Below, piece by piece: positions 11,495-24,336 of a stretch of 64,000 bases of DNA. Within the stretch, counting starts at the first letter, position 1, and every line of letters starts with the position of its first letter. Position numbers and translations under genes: made by a program. The notes below the pieces were generated by a model. That model was not told the DNA's origin. It searched no databases and saw nothing but the letters and a program-made list of their open reading frames with translations. This DNA is from Octopus bimaculoides (lineage: Eukaryota). The DNA lies in contig NC_068982.1 of NCBI RefSeq assembly GCF_001194135.2, positions 164,943,920-165,007,919 on the forward strand. Reading direction: 5' to 3'.

Positions 11495-12359
11495 ACAAAC
11501 TATTGTAGTTTGTTATAGCTGTGATGTCCTTGCAGCATACTTTTCAGGTAAAAAAAAAAAAAACAACTCCCAAGGTTATGATAGTATTTAGACACACAAA
11601 GATTGGTGGAGTGAGGGGGGTGGGGCAGCTAGCTTATTTGGTATTTTATAAGATTTACTACTGGTCGCTTTTAACTATGAATGACGACATAATATAAGAA
11701 ATAAACATTATCTTTACTACCGCTATAACAGCAACATGTCACTAAAATATGAACACAGTTACTCATCCATATTTATATAGAGAGATATATATTTATATAT
11801 ATGCATGTATATATATGTTGGTTTTTGTGTAAATTGAGAGAACAAGAGAGGGAAATTTGTGTAAAGGGAGAGCGAGACAAGCAGATAAAGACACAAGAAT
11901 AATGCATATGATGCATTAATAAGTGGCAATTTCAAATTTGTTTCACCAATTAAAAATAAATAATTAGAAAGAATTTTCTTCATAACCAAATCCCTTTTAC
12001 TTTATAAAGAGATGCTGAGTTCTAATTCTTTTCGAAGAGAGGAATTATTGGTGAATTGTAAGGTTTTCATATATTTCTCGAATAAAACTAATTGATTTGC
12101 ATCTACTAAGACCCATGCAGCTTGGGATCAGTTTCACTAAGGGTATGCCGACAAGAACGTAAGAAGTGGGAGTAGATACTGCAAGTCATTTTTTCTACCC
12201 ATCTAAAAATTCTACCAATCGATCAGTTAGTACTGCTACTTCATTTATAAACGTCTAAATTATGGAAAGCTAAAATGACGTTTTCCAGATTTGAAATTAG
12301 AGACCAGAGTGCCTGATCGTATACAACTATTCCGACTTATAAATATACATGACATACAT

Positions 12360-15130
12360 ACGCGTCGAATTATGGCGTCGAAGTTAGTTACGTCGACATA
12401 TGGCGTCGAAGTCAGTTACGTCGTACATTCATCTATCTGTAATGAATACAATCCCGAGAACTTACATGCAGAGAAAAATACTGAAAACAAATTGGTCATC
12501 TTCTTTGGGAAAATGTGACGAAGCACTTTTTTATGGAAGATTATAGCGGAGAAAACTAAATGAAACTCAACAGCTAACTTTACTACTTCTTACACCATCG
12601 CAGTATAGAAGACGGGTCAGCTATCAAAGGTTGGGGGACTATCGATAGAAATTTGATCTTTGAATTGAACGATATTGAGCCAAATCGATAGAAAACTGGC
12701 CGATTTGATGTTATTCGCGATGAGCCAAAAAGATAAATAAATAAATTAGTAGCAGAGATGGAAAATCTCAAGTTTGGGACATTGACTCTACTGCTATATT
12801 ATGCTGTGGTTACAATGCAGCCACAGCAGGAATACAGGGATTGATCACAGGTGAAAGAAAGGAACGAAATGGGTTATCTCCCTCTAGATATATATTGACA
12901 GACTCAGGAAAACTACTGGGCAGCTAGACGCAATTTTTAAGTGAAAAGTGAATAATAAATTCACGATTCAATCACTGCAGCTGTATGATAGGTTACCTGG
13001 AGTATTTAAGAATTGTTGACAAAAAACTCCAACGGGCAAGTGTGTTGCCCTTAAATACAAATTGCGAAAGTTAAGGGAATTATTTTGTTATGAGAAAAAA
13101 GAAAAAACAACTTCGAGAACCAAAATAATCAAGCACAAACTTGCAATAAATTAACAAGCAGTGTATCCCAGTATGAAAGGCGATTACACCAAGTAATCTA
13201 GAATTATTGCGAAGAGAAATGTGGAATGTAAATGAACAGCACAATTGAGAGTCAATTTGAGTAAAAGTACTGCGAAAATTTCTGTCTGAAAATTTATAAA
13301 ATAAACAGTAAAATTCTGACTTTTGCTGCAAAAAAGTGTCGAGTGGAAAATCACCTAGGAGAGGCCTGATTGTTGATTATTGGTACAGAAAGTTCACATT
13401 ACACAGGACAGCTCCCATTAACCAGTTCAAAAGAACAATGAACAAAGCGATTGACGATGTAGCTGGTTGGTTGACAGTTGCCCGTACAATACTAAAAGTT
13501 TAAATCAAGCCAAAACCTATGGCCAAAACAGAGAGGCCGATAGCATGCTTGAACGGGAAGCATAAATTATAAACATGTTACTTGAATGCATTCATTCAGC
13601 ATCACTGCGAAATACACAATGCTGTAACTGAAAAGTAGGTAGGGAAATAGAAATATGTATGGAGGTGTATTGAATAGATTCTCATCAACAAAAATGTTCC
13701 TAAGAAAGCTAAGACGTACTGCAGAAAACCGCTGACACCCTGATCCTCCCTCATGGATTATAGAGCCACTACACCTTGTTAAGTTTGCAATTGCTAAAGT
13801 TAATATCATTGAGTTCCCGGCAACAGCATGATCCTCATAGTTAGCACTAAGTACTGAAGCTACCACTATTGTTAGTAACAGATTTAAGCTACCAACAGAA
13901 TATTTCAGAGTGATAGCTTAATTGTGATGATTTTATTTTGCTTAAGCAACAAACCATTAATCAACCCTGTTACGAAAATACATGACAGAGGATGAATTTC
14001 ACTGACACCGTTTTTGTTGATGACCGTAAGTTATTCTCGAGTAATATTCATAAAACCAAGAAACAGAAATGGTGAGAGCATTCTCCAGGTATATAGGAAT
14101 GGAGTTTGCTGAGGACAATGGCCTATATATGGTTGTCAAACAAGGAAAGATTGTCAACTAAGAAAGGAATGTAGATATCAATAGCCTTTCTGTCTCCCTT
14201 ATTACCTATGATGAACTTTTACCTTGGAATTGAATATGATATTGCATATGTTGGTGCTGTGAATAAAGCTAGAGTATCAAAATGATATTTCAGAACAAAT
14301 TTCGGAATATATGGAATTCAGAGATGTCTGTATTCAATAAATGTGTGCCCTATAGTGCTTTCACAGTGCCATTGCTGGTACCAAAATTTGGGATTTTATA
14401 CCGAGCCCTTGATGCAAATCACAATTTAGACATGAAGAAGAAAAAAGATACAAAAACTGGTAATTCTACAACAATGACTCCATCAGGATTTATGTTAAAT
14501 GGAAGGATGAAATTATAATCATAAGATAAGTTAAGAGTGCATTTCGGTGCTGTTTTGTGCAACTTCGATTACAACTATTAAAAAGTAAACAGCAAAATAA
14601 GTACATCAGTAAAGGTAATGTCATCATGATATTAAGCTTAGAACTTCTGATCAAGTATTCCGAGTTTACAACTGATCCGTGTCAATGAAGAGCAGTTGGA
14701 CTGACCTATTTAAACAGAGATATGGAAGAGAAATACTCATCATACAAGGAGGAAGTTATACTTGAGTATTTATCCTACAAGCAAGAGAATATCAGCAACA
14801 TTGACAGGAAGAGTAGCCTCCCCTTGACCTGTGGTAAGTACATTACATCTTACAGGATAGGCTATGCCTTTGCTAGCCAAGAACAAAAGACAGCTGCAAT
14901 AAACATGATCATCAAAAAGATAAGGATGCCTCTAAACATGCACACCGTGATGGAAAGTGTCGATTGTACCATGCCAGGGTGGAGGATGCCATCCAAATCA
15001 CCCGTTGCTGTTAAAATACGTTCAGAAGATATTACTTTACCTTGTGACTTGACATTGTTGCTAAGATGCAGTAGATGCATGAAGGTTGTCCTGAAAGTCA
15101 TACAGTAGAACCAGGAAAATATCTACGCAC
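12360..15130 (+). mobile_element. Old, near full-length R4/Dong-type non-LTR retrotransposon (copy A)
   Basis: Degenerate motifs in element order: LWDID.., PIACLN..KL..LNAFIQHHCEIHN, FQSDS, FVDDRKL, AFSRYIGMEFAED, KFRNIWNSEMSVFNK..FTVPLLVPKFGIL, YAFASQEQ, CHARVEDA..RRYY. Colinear with copies B and E. Confidence 0.75.
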
Positions 15131-16081
15131 TTAAAAACAACACTAATGGAGCAGAGTACTCGCATTCTCTAGATAGCATCGGTCAGAGGAGGACTGGAAA
15201 TTTGTAAAACATCTGAAGGTTTCTGTATTTGAAGATTCTCGGTACACACAAGCACACATATTTATGGAATACATATATGTGCACACACGTAAACAGCAAT
15301 GAAACATACACTTGTGTTCTGCAATGGAACGCAAACCCAGACGAGTGAAAGTTTATCTACTCATACGCATTACATGCAAGCATCGACTAGTTCAGGTAAA
15401 TTAAAATACACCAAGTGCTCTCTTCACTTAAAGAAAAGCGCCTTCCGACTTTGTTAGTGACCGGCCTGAATTATGCAAAGAGAAAAAAAGCTTAAAATTA
15501 TGACCAAAACACATATACTTACCTGCGCACATACATTCATGCAAAATGTGTGCATGATATTACCTACACTTGAGACATTACAAAGTTGCGAAAAATATTT
15601 ACAATACAGGAAGGTTATTCCTGATGGATGCATCAAAGATATGTCAGAAACAAAATGTCTTTACATCTTCAACATAAAGAGTACCGGTAGAATATACCAG
15701 TAAAAACAGGAATCCAATGCAAATGCAACCGACCTTATGTTGTTCTGAGAGGCAAAGGACAAAATTTATGCAACACAGAAGAGTTGGCTAGAGATGTTAA
15801 CGTGCCATGAAATGTTCAAGACAAGAAGAGCACATACGATGAAAAAATAATCTCGCCATAAATTTTCATTTGTACCTCTTACCACAGGTGCAATAGGGTA
15901 TGTAACAACTTAGAAATCTTTTTATGAAGAGGAATAGAATCTGACGTGCACCCTCCACACCCAATTTATTAGGGTCACAGTGAAAATTTGCAAGGCATAT
16001 AAAATATTCTCCAGTGGAGATTCCTTAAATTAATACATGCACACACTTGAAAAACTTACATACATACATACATACATACAT

Positions 16082-18420
16082 AGAAGGGACCTAAAATTTC
16101 GATATTGATACAAGAGGCTGATATTTTTATAGAAACCAATTGATATGTATGTTCAAGAGGACTATGGAAGGTCAGACTGATATACCAAATTGGCTTGCTA
16201 CAACAAGGACAAATCTTGTTGCCAAAAATGAAATCACTGAGATGGCAGAAAACTACAGGCTCATTGTTTGCCTAAACATTATGTACAAACTGTACGCCGT
16301 TGCCTCAACCAATTCCTCCAGGATCATTATGAGTCAAACAGCATTGTGACTGATGAATAGGCTGATGGAAAGAAGGGAGTGTAGGAACATGCCGAACAAC
16401 CATTAATTAACAAAGCTTTATTGTTTGAAGTAAGAAATCAACGCAGAAACCTTGTGACAGTATTGCTTGGCTATAGAAAAGCTTTTGAATCTATCCGTCA
16501 TTCATGACTGTTGAAGTGCTTACATCTGGTAAAGGTACCTACTATCTTAATTGCTGCTATAAAGAGAATCACAAAGGCACGAAGAACTACTCTTACCCTT
16601 ACAACAGAGAACAGCATAATTGTTTCTAATAGTATAGGCATTACAAAGGGAAAATTTCAAGGAGATAGTTTTTCTATACTTCTTTTCATTTTTGCACTGA
16701 ATCCATTATCGTTTCTATTGCAGAAAACAAATGGTTACATGCCAGGATCTTCAACTGCTAGAAATATCAATGTTATTCATAATTTCATTCTAAACGATTT
16801 GATGCTAAAAAAACAACTGGAATTGATAACATTTTCAGCTGATATAGGCATGGAATTTGGCCAAAAGAAATGTTCATATTTGGTTATAGAACGAGGTAAG
16901 TCAGTCCCCCAAACCCAAATTCAACGGTCTCTCTTTCTCCCCATTCCACACAAAGAATGTTACAAGTACCTAGGCATAGACGAAAATATATCATATGAAG
17001 GCTCTATGAATACAGATAGAGTGACCCGAGAATATTACACCAGACTTAGGAAAATATGGCAGTCGGAACTCTACTCTTACAACAAAACAATATTTCACAA
17101 TGCATTTGCAGTACAAGTGCTGATCCCAACGTTTGGGATACTTGTTTGGTCTGTCGAGGAAATCCACTCCATAGATATCAAAGCCTGCAAAATCCTGACA
17201 AAAACTGGGAACTTCCACAGAAACAATGACGTTGACAGGCTCTACCTGAGAAGAAACAAAGGTGGTAGAGGCCTGTAATCAGTGCAGATGGCCTTCGAAT
17301 ACCGTATGATATCATCCAGGCAGCACCTGCTGAATAGCAGCAGTAAAAATTAATATATGAATGCAGTCCTGAAAAGTGAAGTGAGCAACATTGTACGAGT
17401 TGTCAGTGAACACCTCAAGAAACACTTTTTTTCCTGATGATCTCCTATGCAGCCCCAAAACAGGTGTGCGCTCTTACCTCAAAGAAGACCTGGATGGAAA
17501 GCACACAACATACAAAAAAATAAAGACCATGCATGTGTATGTTGCCCGAAAGCTTGAAGAGGACATTAGAATTGACACGAAGCGCAGCCTCTCTTGGACA
17601 CAAGACTACTACATCACATCACACTTTGAAAGCTGTGTTTGCAATCCAGGAACAGGAAATTGTCACAAAGTACCTGGTGAACAAGAGAGACAGTGACACT
17701 CTTGTAATACCAAAGCGCAACCGCATGTGTAGGATATGTCATGTTTCTGTGGAAGCCTTTACCATGTGATTAGTAGCTGTCCTAAATTGTCGTCGCGGTA
17801 CTACCTCCATATTCAACACGATGTTGTTGCTAAAACAATTTACAATGCCATCTGTAAAAGAAACTGTTCTGAAATTAACTTAGAAATCCCTCTCCTCTCT
17901 TATGGAATACATTCATAAATACCAACTCACAAATTACTGGTTGAATATTCCCATCAAAACTTCTGACAAATGTAAGCATAACAGGCCGGATATTGTTGTT
18001 TATGACTGAGGGGCAAAGGTATGTACCATCATGGAGGTTAGCTGCCCTGTAGATACAAATAACTCTTTGGAAATCAAGGAAAAAGAGGGTAGTTATGGAC
18101 AACTACTTCGAAATCGCCAGCTTCTATATCCAGACTATGAATTCATATTCATACGAATAATAATTGGAGCACTAGGTTTTGTTAGTAAATGCTTAAAGGA
18201 AAATTTGAATAAACTTGAATTTTCAGGAAGAGAAAGTGGCCAGTTGATTCGTACATTACAAGTCAAATCTGTGAGTGGAACAATAAAAATATGCAAGAGT
18301 TTTCTCAAGTTCCAAATGTGAAGTTGTCTATGTTAATTACATCCCAAAGATGGAGCCTTGTATCTTTGTTGGAAACCGCGCAGTGAAAGATTTATAATAA
18401 TCAAAAATAGAAGAGACATG
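16082..18420 (+). mobile_element. 5'-truncated R4/Dong-type retrotransposon (copy B); RT, CCHC and restriction-like endonuclease, frameshifted
   Basis: ENYRLIVCLNIMYKLY; ORF 16511-17278 with FQGDSFSILLFIFALNPLSF, IGMEFGQKKC, YKYLGI and DVDRLYLRRNKGGRGL; CRICHVSVE..HVISSCP..SRYY..HDVVAK; NRPDIVVYD; MEVSCPVD; IIIGALG. (CATA)n on both flanks. Confidence 0.92.
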
Positions 18421-18440
18421 TATGCATACATACATACATA

Positions 18441-19065
18441 CAAGAGTTGGACAAAATAATGGAAACATTAAAATTTCAAACAAATTCATTTTAATATGGA
18501 GTAGGACCGCTTTTGGCAGTAATTACAGCTTGAATTCTTCGAGGTATGGACTCGTACAAAGTTTGAGATGTTTCCAAATGAATTTTTGTCCATTCTTCAG
18601 CTAAAACATTCTCCAGTTCTTGTATTGATGATGGTGGAGGATATCGACTCCTTACTTCTTTTTTCTAAAATGCAACACACATGTTCAATGATATTGTGAT
18701 CTGAGGACAGTAATGTCCAGATAAGATGTTCAACTTCACTAGAATGTTCCTCGTGTCATGCAGAAACTTTAACTGTGTGAATTGGTGCATTATCAACCTG
18801 AAAGATTGCGTTTCTCTCCGGAAACAGTTCCGCAACCATAGGATGAATTTGATTAGATATAATGCTTAAATAGTCTTCACTATTAATTCTGCCATTAAGG
18901 GAAACCATTGGGCCGGCGGATTTCCAAGATATAGCACCCCAGATCATGACAGATCCTCTTCCATGTTTAACAGTTGGAAGAAGGCAGTAAAGGATGACTC
19001 GTCCGAGAAAATAACATTCTTTCACTGCTCTAGGGACGAATTCTGTAAGATTTTACACCAGTCTA
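18441..19065 (-). mobile_element. Tc1-family DNA transposon remnant with internal deletion
   Basis: Minus strand gives KNVIFSDESSFT, then PTVKHGRGSVMIWGAISW...AIFQVDNAPIHT (Tc1 DDE motifs). TIR-like end TA|CAAGAGTTGGACAAAATAATGGAAAC at 18439-18465. Confidence 0.85.
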
Positions 19066-19103
19066 ATTCCTCATCTCTTCAATATAGAACTGTGTTGTTG
19101 TTG

Positions 19104-19164
<61 letters not shown>

Positions 19165-19169
<5 letters not shown>

Positions 19170-19284
19170 TCACTGCCTGGAATCGAACTCGGAATCTTGG
19201 GGTTAGTAGCGCGCGCTCTTAACCACTGCACCATATGCCCGTGGCACAGTGGTAAACAGCGCTGGCTACTAACCCCCAGATTCT
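19165..19284. mobile_element. Head-to-head pair of tRNA(Ser)-like short units with a (TAA)n tail
   Basis: The minus unit 19165-19240 has A box TGGTGCAGTGG, loop CTACTAA and B box GAGTTCGATTCC, and ends CTGAA(TAA)n. The plus unit 19240-19284 repeats the 5' half divergently. Confidence 0.75.
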
Positions 19285-19329
19285 GTCTGTCTCTCTATCT
19301 GTCTCTTTCTCCCCTTCTCTCTCTGTAAG

Positions 19330-19376
<47 letters not shown>

Positions 19377-22300
19377 GTGTGCATGTGTATGTACGTGTGT
19401 GTGTTTGTATGTGTGTGTATTATGCGCTTGTTCTAACAACCAGAAGACATGGTAAAAACATGTGAAAATAATTGAGAATGGCTTCTACATCAATGTATAG
19501 AGTTCCAGAATATTTACTTATTCACATTTTTCATATATGCGTGTCTATATGTATTCCTCTATGACTAAACACCTTTTTCAGCACAGATATTCTTATGAAT
19601 TGATAGATTTAAGTAAAGTTCGCGTGTTCCGTTACATAAATTGGAATGTCAACGATTATTTGAAAAGAAACTTGCTCTTAGCTTTTCCGTTATGTTTTTC
19701 TTCTTAAATCATATTTTGACACATAATTATTAAAGTGTTGACACTTTCGTTTGTCATATTCAATGAATTTATAAGCAAAGCAACGCTATTTTAATGAATA
19801 TGAAATTTTTATGTGAAAATAACTGTTTGTGTAGTTGCTAATATTTATCCATCATATTTTTAACAGTTATGTACCCAATCGAAAACAGTACTATAGATGC
19901 GAAACAAATGGAAAATATATCTCCATCATCATAAACGCCATGATAATGACCATCATCAGCACCACTATATTTTATCGAAGCGCCATATTTCGTCGTCGTC
20001 GTTGTCATCATCATCATTTTCATCATCATCATTGCCATATTAAGATAACAATTCACAATAATAATGATTATTTTCAATATTTATCTACGTCTGTTTTACT
20101 CAGAAACAAATTAGATTTGTTTAAATACTGACAGTATTATATATTATTGCGATATTTTGTTGGTATTTTTATTTGCTATAATTTTTTCATTGAAAATGTC
20201 TTTTTAAAGAGAACGCTTTTATCTCCATTCAACTTTTCCAACTTCTTCAAAAGTAAACTTAATACTATTTATCAATACATATTTGGGATTTCCTTGTGAA
20301 TATATCTGAATAAGTTGTTACAGGAAGAGCAATTGCGCACGTTGCATATTGGCTCAGTCGTTTTCGTGTAAAGTTAACTTATTAGGTATTATACATTTTA
20401 TGATCTGGCTCGTTTGGCGTACGAAAAAATTCTGTTTCTGACATTTTCTTTACAAAAACATTTACTTATATATCTGTTTCACTTTCGGAGATTTTTTAAT
20501 TATGTTTTTTTTCTTGTTTTTTTTTTCTTTTTCAGGAAATCGCAGTAAGCTGGTTTGTGGCATGTATTTTGGTTGATTATACTCCTCTACGTTAATATTT
20601 ATGTTATTACTGACGCTTAACATTCTAGTTTCTAGCTCTCTCCATTTGAATCTTGTAAATTTTGCCATGCAATACAAGAATATCTTGATGTCTTATAATA
20701 AGCTATTGCCTGCAAAGTCTCTTAGCTTCATTTTGTATCTCTAAAGCAGCGTATATTGTTTATATTTGATACTGAGAGTGTTAATATATTTGAAGACTGA
20801 TTCGTTATACTTGGCTAAACTATAAAACTGTTGTTTAGCGTTGTAGTATTTTGTTAACTCAAAGTTGAAGTCTTTCATGGAACTACCTGCTAACCAGGCT
20901 GGTGCATATCTATGTTTCTGAGGTGTCTTTTTGATTGAAAGTAGAACACCTCCCTGCACTGGGTGCTAGTCAGCTGAAAGTCTAAATGCAGCTACTACAG
21001 GTACTAACTTTAACTGAGAAGACGAGAAAAACATAAATCGAACCACCTTGCTCAAAAACGACTGCTCCATATAATCAAATTAATTTAAAATCGTGAGATT
21101 AACTCTGTAACCGAGAGGCAATGTGTCTTCACCTATATTACCTGTTATCTTTTATATTTTTTCGTCAGATCCAATTCTGTCCTTTCTGCAATTCTGCTCA
21201 TGAAAAGGTAATCCATTCACTGCGAAAGAAACAATTAAATCGGATCATAATATATTCAATAATCTGTGCCGCATAGCTTCACTAGTTCATTGATAGACCT
21301 AATATAGATTTATTACAGCATTTCTTATTTAAACAATTTTATCATTAGATATTCTCAGACAATCTTGCAATAGTCATGCCATAAATTATAATTATCTCCG
21401 TGAGTCCTTATTCCTCTTATTGTTTCTTTTGCCTATAATAGCTTAGCCAAACAGTAAATCTAAAATCCAAATATGGCGATTTGTTTGCATACTACATATT
21501 AAAATGTATGCATGACATGGCATCAGGGGTACTTCCATTACTTATGAATGGTATCGATTTTGTTAGAGACAAAATACGCACGTCTTCGATAACAAACAAT
21601 TCAGAAAGTACTTTCTCTGCGTCGTGGAATATATTTATCGTTTTCACTTGATATTTATATTTCATGGGTTGAATTAATTTGTACAAAACTTCCACCTGGA
21701 TTGTTATCAATGTATTATTCGTAGTGTATATATTTTCTATAGCAAAATTAACTTGAAAATAATATCCTAAATATCACGTCAGTATGATAGCAAATATATC
21801 ATGGGGAATCTTAAAACTGAATATGTATATTTATAACTTGTTTCTGATGGTTTTGAAATGATTACAATTCCTGAAAGTACAGTTAAAGCTGTGTTACAAG
21901 AAGGCAATTTTAGTGAAATTAGTTAAAGTATATGATATTCTTAAAACGATGTAGGTAATATAATTTACCTGTGTATGATGTAGGTAAAGAACCAAATGAA
22001 GACAATCATACACTTGATGATTATGCTATTAACAGTAACTATTTATGACTTCGGTATTCTTGATGTGCACCGCATTTTAGTGGTGCAGGCTGTTAATATA
22101 CTTCAGCAGTTCCCCAATGATATGAGAGTTCTCTTGATTTAGTGATATTTTAATGTATTGTCTATCATGTAGTCTATGCGATTTATGTGACTTATGTTAT
22201 TTTGTTGGGTATTGTTTCTTAAATGCTGTTCTATTGGTTTTTATGTAAATTACATGTATATTACATGTGTGCATGATTTGCGTAATATTGATGAGTTCTA

Positions 22301-22529
22301 GTCTTTGTTGTATATGATGATAATTGTGTGAGTCGATATCACGCTGTCGGATATTGGTGAAGAGGAGTGCAAGTTGTGTTATTTGATAGTTGACCGCGGA
22401 CCAGTAGCGAACCATGTATCCTTTTGATAGTAAGCTGCACAGACAGACGAGTAGCCAGCAGGATGTTTTTGCATTATACATGTATGCATTATACACGAAA
22501 GAATTAAATTTTGTATTTTGCACCTATTT

Positions 22530-22915
22530 GTGTTTTGTTATGCACATGATCACACAGTGTTAATTGAGAAAGAAAGCAAACAGTGCTGGATCATAGATAT
22601 AGCATGCCCAGCTGACAACCAGGTATGCGATAAGGAAGAAAGATATGACAGGTTAGCTTGGGAGTTTAAGCAGTTATGGTCGATGAAAAATGTGTTAGTA
22701 ATGCCAGTGATTGTCGGAGCCCTGAGAACAGTGAGTAAAAGATCTTGAGAAGTACATAGAACAAATAGGTGCTGCGATAAGGGTGGAGCACTTGCTTGGA
22801 ACCGCTCGAATACTCAGGATGGCACTCGAAAAATATGGGGTGTTACTTTAGCTCACCGGTAGTAAAAAGCTGGCACTATAATATATCTCCAGCGTTAGAA
22901 GCTGTGCAACAACAA
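22530..22915 (+). mobile_element. R4/Dong-type 3' fragment (endonuclease end and 3' UTR) followed by (AAT)n
   Basis: KQCWIIDIACPADNQVCDKEERYDRLAWEFKQLWSMKNVLVMPVIVGALRTV, then LGTARILRMALE, then the tail into (AAT/GAT)n. Confidence 0.88.
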
Positions 22916-22971
22916 TAAACAATAATAATAATAAGGATTATGATGATGATGATGATGATGATGATGATAAC

Positions 22972-23020
<49 letters not shown>

Positions 23021-23040
23021 GCAATAATAATAATACGAAA
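22915..23040. repeat. (AAT)n/(GAT)n microsatellite
   Basis: Directly visible. Confidence 0.95.
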
Positions 23041-23160
23041 ACTTCAAACCTGTGAGTAAAATTTTAACTGTTAAATACTAGGATTGTTTTCTTTCCAAAC
23101 AGTCTAACCTGTTGTATATATATGAATATAACAACAACAAAAACAATAATAATAATAATA

Positions 23161-23320
23161 AGATTGGTACTGCACACGAAATTGACCGGATAGAAGACCA
23201 CGATTGATGCTGCGCACAAAATTGACCGGATGAAAGACTAAGATTATTGCTCCGCTCAAAAGTGACCGGATGGCTGACCAAGATTGGTCCTGCTCCTAAA
23301 ATTGACTGGATGGAATAAAA
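23161..23320 (+). repeat. Four-copy 40-bp minisatellite
   Basis: The core A(T/G)TGAC(C/T)GGAT recurs at 23181, 23221, 23261 and 23301, a period of exactly 40. Confidence 0.9.
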
Positions 23321-23329
23321 TCCAAGCAG

Positions 23330-24125
23330 ATAATGCACGGGCGATAGCATCACCGGTATAGAGCTGGAATTATAAAATGGCAAAGGAAAGAGTTGATGAA
23401 AATGGATGCAAAAACAAGAAAAATTTTGACAATACACAGAGCCTTCCACCATAAGTGTGACACCGATATGCTGTACTTGTCCAGAAGAAAGGGTGGGAGA
23501 GCTTTAATCAGTTGCCGGAATTGTATCGAAACAGAGGAAAACAGCTTAGCTTGGTATGTAAAAAAAGGCCGGCGTCATTAAAACTGAGAATTGTGTAATG
23601 AAAGAAAAATTTAAAGAGGAAAAGAACACAAAAAGGAAACAATGTCGAAGTAAAGAAATAAGCGTACAGTTTGCAAGAGATACTAACACCAAGACAGATA
23701 CAGAAGACCGGTAGCTCTTGATGAGGAAGAGTGACATGAAGATAGAGACAGATGCACTTATATGCGCAGCTCAAGTACAAGCGTTAAGGACCAACATGTG
23801 AAGTGTAGAATAGACAACACTACCGACAGCAGCAAATGCGGAATATCTGGTGAAACGATATAGCACATTATTAGCGAATGTCCGAAATTGGCACAAAGCA
23901 ACTACAAAAGACGGCATGACAATGTGGCAAGAATGATCCATTGGTGGTCTCTGTGGAGATCACGGCCTACAAACATCAAATACGTGGTATGAGCAAACCC
24001 CAGAAGGAATCACTGAGAATGAGAACTGCAAAATCCTATGGAATGCAATGATTCAGTACGATCACCTAACCAGACATCGGAAACCGGACATTGTTGTGGT
24101 GAATAAAAAAGAAAGAACAACATGA
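23330..24125 (+). mobile_element. R4/Dong-type internal fragment (copy D)
   Basis: RYRAGIIKWQRKELMKMDAKTRKIL..DTDMLYLSRRKGGRALISC; ALICAAQVQALR; IISECPKLAQSNYKRRHDNVARMIHW; HRKPDIVVVNKK. Confidence 0.88.
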
Positions 24126-24336
24126 CTAGAATGAAATCTATACGGAAACCTATTTCCTGCGCAGGCAACAAACTTATATATTGCTTAATCAAGGGGGCTG
24201 AGAACGTATAAACTTAACAAGTGGGGTGGGTGTGTTTGAGGGCCTGGCTTATGAGCTTACAGTGTTATTTTTGAGTACTTCTTGTGCAAAAGTGAATTAC
24301 CAAAATAGGAAGAAAGAGGGTAGCGGATAACATTTA

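Noticed and set aside
15888-15897. 10-nt exon-like GTGCAATAGG between CAG and GTATGT
   Set aside because: It is not frame-preserving, contains TAG in one frame, and has no other support.
16511-17278. 255-aa ORF as a host gene
   Set aside because: It is the RT core of R4 copy B, with a degraded catalytic motif and broken flanking frames.
19165-19240. Functional tRNA gene; likewise the SINE heads at about 4985-5040, 33864, 42437 and 53917
   Set aside because: The acceptor and anticodon stems do not pair properly, and the sequences continue into SINE bodies or TAA tails.
19835-20131. His-rich 98-aa ORF
   Set aside because: The His/Arg runs come from a degenerate (CAT)/(CGT) microsatellite; no splice or domain support.
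21492-21710. 72-aa minus-strand ORF with protein-like composition
   Set aside because: No convincing acceptor or recognisable homology; the length is within chance expectation.
23161-23320. CRISPR-like array
   Set aside because: The units are contiguous tandem copies without unique spacers, there are no cas genes, and the context is eukaryotic.
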